Below are positions 35,245-41,693 of a stretch of 41,693 bases of DNA, in pieces. This DNA is from Trichoplax sp. H2 (lineage: Eukaryota). The DNA lies in NCBI GenBank assembly GCA_003344405.1, contig NOWV01000124.1, positions 186,001-227,693 of the forward strand. The letters run 5' to 3'. Positions within the stretch are counted from its first letter, which is position 1. The number at the start of each line of letters is the position of its first letter. Under the pieces are notes generated by a model, which saw nothing but the letters and a program-made list of their open reading frames with translations, was not told the origin of the DNA and did no database searches. The translations under genes were made by a program, and so were the position numbers.

Positions 35245-36249
35245 ATGGAAGAACTAGCAACATTAAAGATGAATGATATAAAACCGACTTCACCGCTAGT
35301 TGCAGTTAGTAATTATACCATCAATTCTACAATCTATATATCACTCTTGCCCGATAGTAATATTTATGCTATCATTACTGGTTTAACTCTCTTAACCAAT
35401 GTTAGCATGTTATGTCTCGTCATTAAAGAACGAAAACTACATACCATGTCGAATTGGATATTAGCAAGTATGTTTTGTGCAGGCATTGCTTTTGCAATTG
35501 CTTATTTATTACCTCGTTGGGTAATATTCTTCAAGTGGAACCTGTATCATTCCTTTGCGTGCTTAATTTTACCCATGACTGGCTCAGGATTAATCATCAA
35601 TTTCAATTTGCACTTGGCGTTAGTAAGTTTAGATCGTTATTTCTGTTTTACTTCGCCCTTTACATATCAAAGACCACAATCACGTGTTATAGCCAAGTTA
35701 GCCATAGCTTCTGTCTGGGTTTTAAGTTCTTTCACAGCTTACATACCACTCTTTACTTTCCTTATTCCATCACCAGGAAAATGTGCAGCCCAACAACGTA
35801 GTGAAATCTATTATAATTATTTATGTACAGTCTTTGTCATCCTCTTTTTCTTGCCTTTAGCTGTTTTAATCGTTACTTATTCAAGAATATTATGGATTGT
35901 TAATAATCATACCCAAAGACGCCAAGAAGGCATCGTACGCTCAAATTCAGTGACGATTTCCGCATTTCACCGTAATCTTCGAGCGATCAAATATATGATA
36001 GCTTTAATCGGTTTATTTATTCTCTTTTGGTTACCTTACATCATCCTCTTCCTAGTTTACTATGCAACATCCATTGCCAGTGTTCACACATTAATACTTA
36101 TTCGCAATTTTCAATACTTGGCCTTTTCCTATCCAGCTGTCAACCCAATCTTGTATGCTTATTTCACACCATGTATGCGCCATGTTATGAAAAAAAAGTT
36201 ATCTAGGTCAATTCAATCTATAGCTCAAATATTATCCAACATAGCATAA
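35245..36249 (+). CDS. Class A (rhodopsin-like) GPCR, amine/adenosine-receptor-like fold, intronless, orphan
   Basis: 334 aa with 7 TM, LHTMSN (ICL1), TM3 C...SLDRY, TM4 W, TM5 FFLP, TM6 FWLPY and TM7 NPILY. Confidence 0.93.
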   Translation: MEELATLKMNDIKPTSPLVAVSNYTINSTIYISLLPDSNIYAIITGLTLLTNVSMLCLVIKERKLHTMSNWILASMFCAGIAFAIAYLLPRWVIFFKWNLYHSFACLILPMTGSGLIINFNLHLALVSLDRYFCFTSPFTYQRPQSRVIAKLAIASVWVLSSFTAYIPLFTFLIPSPGKCAAQQRSEIYYNYLCTVFVILFFLPLAVLIVTYSRILWIVNNHTQRRQEGIVRSNSVTISAFHRNLRAIKYMIALIGLFILFWLPYIILFLVYYATSIASVHTLILIRNFQYLAFSYPAVNPILYAYFTPCMRHVMKKKLSRSIQSIAQILSNIA

Positions 36250-36562
36250 GAAATATCAAAACTGATTAATGACATATTCAAAGTGATGAATGATTTATTC
36301 CCATTGAAAAATACAAATAGATTTAAAATTCTACGTTGCATTGATGATCAAGAGCGTAGGAATATTGTAATAAATGTTTTATAAAATCTATTCTAGTCAA
36401 TAGTATCCATAGAACATTTTCGCAAACATGACACACTTATTTTTGAAGCAAGAATCAACGAAAGCTGATCTTTCAAAAAAACATCGCAATATAAAGTAGA
36501 AGCTAATCCATTAATCTATTCAATAATGAATACGTTCTCATTTAGAAATTCTTTTACGGAAA

Positions 36563-36970
36563 GCAATCTGCAGATGAAAAATTACCGATGGTTTTGTATT
36601 TCTGTGTAAGCTAAATTTTCGCTAATCTCCATGTGAGAAATTACGGTTGGTTTTATGCTTCTGTATAGGCTAAATTTTCGCTAATCGCCAGATGAGAAAT
36701 TACGGATGGTTTTATAATTCTGTATAAGTTAAGTTTTCGCTAATCTCCAGATGAGAAATTACGAATGGCGTGGTGTTTCTATACGGCTAAATTACCGTTA
36801 ATCTCCAGACGCGAAACTACGAATGATTTTATACTTGTATGTGAGCTTAATTGCCACTAATCTCTAGATTAGAAATTAATGACGGTTTTACATTTCCAAG
36901 TTAGTGAAATTTTTGGTAATCTCCATATAACAAATTACAAATTGCGATTATATTTCCATGTGGAAAATTT
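36563..36970 (+). repeat. Tandem repeat, ~59-bp unit x 7
   Basis: Consensus gctaatctccagatgagaaattacggatggttttatatttctgtataggctaaattttc; taatc(t/g)cc at ~36623, 36682, 36741, 36800, 36858 and 36917. Units degrade toward the 3' end. Confidence 0.92.
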
Positions 36971-37839
36971 TTCAGAGTTAAATAGATTTCTCAGTAGGAG
37001 ACATTAATATTGGCCATCTATGGCAAATAGCTTTTAGCGGTATTTATTATACAGCCAAAATTGGTTGTCAATTCGCGAATAGTTACAACAGTGACCTCTA
37101 TACTTATACACCTATAATCTACGATATCATACCAAAGTATCAAGATAAAGTATTACGTAAATATATTAACATGGTATGTATATAACATTCATGTCGAAAC
37201 TAAATTGTTAGGGTTACATAATGGATAATTATTCTCGCTTTGCTTGCCCAATATAAAAGCAAATATTGATCGTTATTGGTAGAAATTGAAGACAAGATAA
37301 TTCTGGAAAAGAACATTTTTTATTCTACGCTTTCGGTAAGCTTATGTTATCCTTGCTACCATTATTCAAGCTTGAGTTTGCTTTGATATGCTAAATTCTA
37401 GTAGTATCAGGCTTTATGATTCCACTAAGCTTTTAGTCAAGGCTCGACTTTGTCATGTTATATAAAAAGTGCCGAGCTAAAATTATTTAACGCTCATTTT
37501 AGAGTTTATAAACCTTTAAATGGCAAAGTAGAGAACCAAGGCCTTGGCTTCACAACGATGTTCCTTTGCTGCCATGCAGTTAAACTGCTTATATTGACTA
37601 TCAGAGCATAAATAAAATTTTTGTCTTCATTACAAATCTTGTTACTCCGACATGAAGTATTCAATTTCGAGATTTAAATACTGTATAGGATTATAACTAT
37701 CGCACATCATGTAATAAATACATCAACGGATATATATGTATATCGCATGGATTATGATTTGCTATGAAAGTAAGTGATTGATTAGTGCCACAGCGAGCAA
37801 TCCTACTCCGAATTTTTTTGTTTTCTGTATTGCTATCCT

Positions 37840-38150
37840 AGCAGCAAAGGTATGTCGTGGGCAGAAACAATACAAATAGTAAAACAAAGTTTTATAGAGT
37901 CTATCGTCCAATATTTACATAAGGCTAGAAGATCGTTTTTGCTTAGCAAAGGTATGCTGTAAGCGTAAATTATACAAATAGCTTACAGATTTCTACAGTA
38001 TCTATCGTCCATTATTTACATAATATTTGAAGATCATTTATAGTTGGCAAAGGTATGTTGTGGACGTAAATTATACAAATAGCTTACAGATTTCCATAGC
38101 ATCTATCGTCTAATATTTACATAATACTAGAAGATCATTATTACTAGCAT
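37840..38150 (+). repeat. Tandem repeat, ~101-bp unit x 3, each unit starting with AAAG|GTATG
   Basis: gcaaaggtatg...atacaaatag...tctatcgtc.aatatttacataa...gaagatc repeated three times. Confidence 0.9.
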
Positions 38151-38485
38151 ATAATCTCATCCTAAACACAAGGTTACTATTAACTAGGATTATTACGCTA
38201 TTAGCGGCTATTCACTATTAAAATGGCTATCTATCAGCTTAAGGGACAGCACTATCTGTGATCAGATGGTGTAAAGTAGCATTAACGATATTATTTCATA
38301 AGTTTAGCTAGACAGAAAACTGCCTTTCGAAGAGAAGATCTTTTTAATTGCATATAATCTCATCCTATAATGCGATGTCGCCGTTAGCTCAATGGATAGC
38401 ACTACCTGCGGTCATATGGTATAAAGTAGCTTTATCGAAATTATTTCCTAAAATCTAGCTTGGGCAAAAGATTGCCTTTCAAGAC
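38147..38485 (+). repeat. Two-copy degenerate direct duplication
   Basis: gcatataatctcatcct at 38148 and 38350; gcacta.ctg.g.tca.atggt.taaagtagc...tgcctttc at ~38249 and ~38399. Confidence 0.75.
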
Positions 38486-41400
38486 TTATGCTTTGTTGGC
38501 AACGGTCAATTTGTCATTTCATAATGACATTATTCTATTCATTGGTTGTTATTTTTAATTTCTTAAAATCTGTCGCCTTTAAAATTCTTATATTTACTTT
38601 GCTTCATGTCGTCTTAATTGTAAACTAACGCATATAAGGCATTATCAATAAAACATCACTAAACCTTATCTAATAGTAGGACTGTTCCTAACTTTTAACG
38701 CCTCATATCAGTTTACGTCGATTGCCAGAGAGAACTTGATATAAAATACACGATTAAACGATCGCAGTGTAATAAGCTGATAAATTGTATAAGCCCAATT
38801 GCTGAATTAGCTCTCCGCCATTAGATCTTAAAATTATGTGACAGAATGAATTTTATTGGTCACTATGATACACATTAGAACTGAATTATGGCAGAACAAT
38901 ACCTTCACTATTAAACTATGATTTACTAGGCTTCTTGTTACCCACGATTACTACCAGTAATAGCTGAATTTCGAATATGCAAAATCATTGTAATTGATCG
39001 AATTTTCGTAGTGATACAACCGTATATTGCTAGGATTATGAATAGGACAATATGAAAATATCCCTCCACGAAGTTAGGAGTTATGTTGGGATTTGAATCA
39101 TTCATTTAAAACAGAGTATGGCTTGCACCTCCGTTAGCAGAAAATGATTATGACAGTAAAGCAAATATATCTAAAAAGCGAATGAAGCCTTCAAGATAAT
39201 CTTAATACATGGAGAATGCGATATTCTACGAAGGATATATACAAAACAAAAATAATTTCAAAGACCTATAACGATGATTAAGGTAGTAACAAATGGAATA
39301 GAATAAATATTGGAGAGACTCAAATAACAGCAGGGAATAAATATCTCATTGGCTAAACGTATGCATGCCATCATTCATTAAAGTAATCAAAACATGACGC
39401 CCTACATTAGCAATTCATACGAACTAGCATTTCATCAGTAACATGAAAACACGATCAAGGGATCTTATCTTATAGACTGCTATTAAAAAAAATTGTAGAC
39501 ATTCTACAGATATAGAGCAGAATAATTTTAATTCTGTGCAATCCAAGTAATTTAATATTTGTTTTAAGTTGTAGTGGCTTACTCTCCACTCTGGTTATAT
39601 AACTCCAATTTTTGATCAGGTAAAATGGATAGCCATAAATACCAGTGGGTACACATGATATTAAACACTAGAAATTAAAAATTTCTTTCTTTCAGTCACA
39701 AACCACCATCATAACTTACAATTTCGACTTTCTTATACTTAGAGTAAGAAAAAAATTTTCATATACTTTTGTAGATACAAAAAATTTTCTACTGTAGCTA
39801 TAATTATTGATAGTACTTGGTGACTACATATAATTTTTTCAGAATATTTGAAGTAGTAACTCAATGGAATACGTTAATACTTACTTTTATAGTGGTTCCT
39901 TTATTCGGAATTTTTCCATGAATTTACGATAATTGAACGTTGTATTCTGTTCACTATAAATTGCTTTAATAAATTTCGTTGTAGTATTTAATAAAATAGT
40001 CAATATTAATAGTACTAAAATGTCTCATTGCAAGCATAAGAGGTTTTTAGTAACAGTTTCAAACCGATTATAGCATTGCACTACTACGTATAAATCCTAC
40101 TGAATAGACTGCTAACAAAATTATAAACCAGATTCTTGTAATAAAAATCTATTTTAGAAAGGATCTTCGAATAAGTCATTATTTATTAACGTAGGAACTG
40201 AAGCTTAGCTACTATGAACAGTGATAGTGTTAGTCTGTTCGCAATATACTTTTAACATGAACAATCTCTAACAATTTCTTACTGTAATTAAATTAATATT
40301 CTAAATTAAATGCAGTACTTCTACTGAGCAAGGCTATTCCCTTAATACTTTATGTTCCTGTTATTCCTTTCATTATATTCAGGAGTATCATGCATTATTC
40401 TGTTGGGTAGTATTCGCTAGATATCCATAATGGAGTCAGTAAACTTTACTCTTATACAGAGTTAATAAGTCTGTCTTCACGTATTTAACCAACGATTTTG
40501 TGTGATTTAACTTACAATTTACAGTTAATTCCATTTTCAACGAAATCAAGGACATAAAATTATACCGATATTTGCCATGGATACCTATGATGAAAAGGAA
40601 AATTCAGTCCAACATTTAAATGTGCAACAAATTTTGGAGCAAAAGGTAATACAGTCAGATAATTGCGTTTATACTATGGATAAAAAGCCACATGGTTATG
40701 CAGCTGTGTTCAATCAAGAGTAAGTGTACTAAAATACTGTTAAGAAATATTAAATACTATCTTCATTCCTATGTTAGTTATTAAACGCCATTTTTGATGA
40801 TGATGGGATGTACTAGTATCATTTTCATGACTTTAAGAATTTTCTCACGTTCTGATTATGAACGATAGTTCCTATTTTAAATCTTGCTATTCTTCTATTA
40901 GTATTGATGAGGTAATACTTTATAGATACACGTTGCAGAATATACTGTAGTAAATATCTTCTTAGTTTAGATCAGTGTTAAGAATGGAAATTTGTAACGA
41001 GGAAAAAGATAAACCTATTACAGAATTACACTATGAGTCTACCGTCAGGTTTGTTCTTCCTTACATTAACCTGCAGTACTATTATAAGCACTAACGATCT
41101 CCTATCATCAGGAGGAACAGTAGTACAACACTATTCTCTCTTAGACATAACTGAACTCAAACTTTCTTTAAAAATTATTTAATTTATAGTAAATTGACAT
41201 AAATATTAATTATCAGTTTATGGATAATATTATAAACTATGCAGTTATCCATTAAAAATATAATTAACGTCATAGATAATACTATGTTATCTGACAAAAA
41301 CAAGATAAGTATTTTGTAGGAAAACCCACTTCACGACAATTAAGTTACAAATTATAAACCTCTTTATATTAGATCTGCAAATCTCACCTATTACTTTAAA

Positions 41401-41693
41401 TGAATATATCTGACCATACATGTATTCCATACATTCTGTTAGATTTTAATTTCAAATAACAAACTGCGCAGTGCTAGATTTATAAATGTCATCCATTACT
41501 CCAAATGAATATCTCTGCTAAGATTGCTTATTGATGCAGTATTTAATCACTCATAAAGCTAAGGTGATACATGTAATTCCATGCGTTTTATTCGATTTTA
41601 ATTTTACTAAACGAATGAGACGATTATAACCAATATTATTAAATTCTTTATGACAGGAAATTTTTACCAGACTCAAATTTGGAAGACAGAAGT

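Larger units (their letters stand above)
33300..41048 (+). pseudogene. Decayed multi-exon Ig + CUB + F5/8 type C (discoidin) domain gene
   Basis: AG/GT-bounded segments translate to domain-like peptides with stops. Ig: 33373-33474 AVTVGIRIGYLYQFQICIASENKRTSFNIR*YY and 33599-33808 GKHELPSDNDGRY...IFIKESEQNNYGI/RC. CUB start: 34364 DDHSCSGIY...LFSQSY and 37211-37335 LHNG*LFSLCLPNIKANIDRYW...FILRF. F5/8: ~39210 WRMRYSTKD and 40971-41048 SVLRMEICN. Confidence 0.5.

Noticed and set aside
1068-35801. Remaining short ORFs in the track (e.g. 1068, 2650, 3722, 5631, 6936, 11742, 12877, 14433, 15183, 16776, 17025, 17549, 17574, 20649, 21669, 27179, 28027, 32794, 35105, 35454)
   Set aside because: They have no recognisable motifs. 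Many use non-ATG starts, overlap real genes in antisense or alternative frames, or reflect AT-rich composition.
36563-36970. CRISPR-like appearance of the 59-bp array
   Set aside because: The whole unit is repeated with gradual decay and there are no unique spacers.

Overview
AT-rich eukaryotic (animal) genomic DNA with GT-AG introns. The gene content (orphan intronless class A GPCRs, a TPR-repeat gene, compact intergenic DNA) resembles a placozoan such as Trichoplax, but that assignment is inference only. Intact genes: two rhodopsin-like GPCRs (1653-2669 -, 35245-36249 +); a head-to-head pair of PAP2/PLPP6-like lipid phosphate phosphatases; two tandem intronless, bacterial-looking YitH/HolE-type double-GNAT acetyltransferases, each preceded by a ~12-unit degenerate ~70-77 bp repeat array; and a three-exon piggyBac-derived gene (~570 aa) that has lost two of three catalytic aspartates but keeps its C-terminal Cys-rich zinc finger. 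That gene is followed by ~7-8 decayed tandem copies of its zinc-finger coding sequence. There is also a frameshifted TPR pseudogene, scattered decayed exons of CUB/F5-8(discoidin)/Ig/LDLa multidomain genes at both ends of the window, many degenerate tandem arrays (59-210 bp units, several starting at gene or exon 3' ends), and a 20-N gap flanked by what look like two haplotypes of the same locus. No CRISPR array, rRNA or tRNA could be supported.
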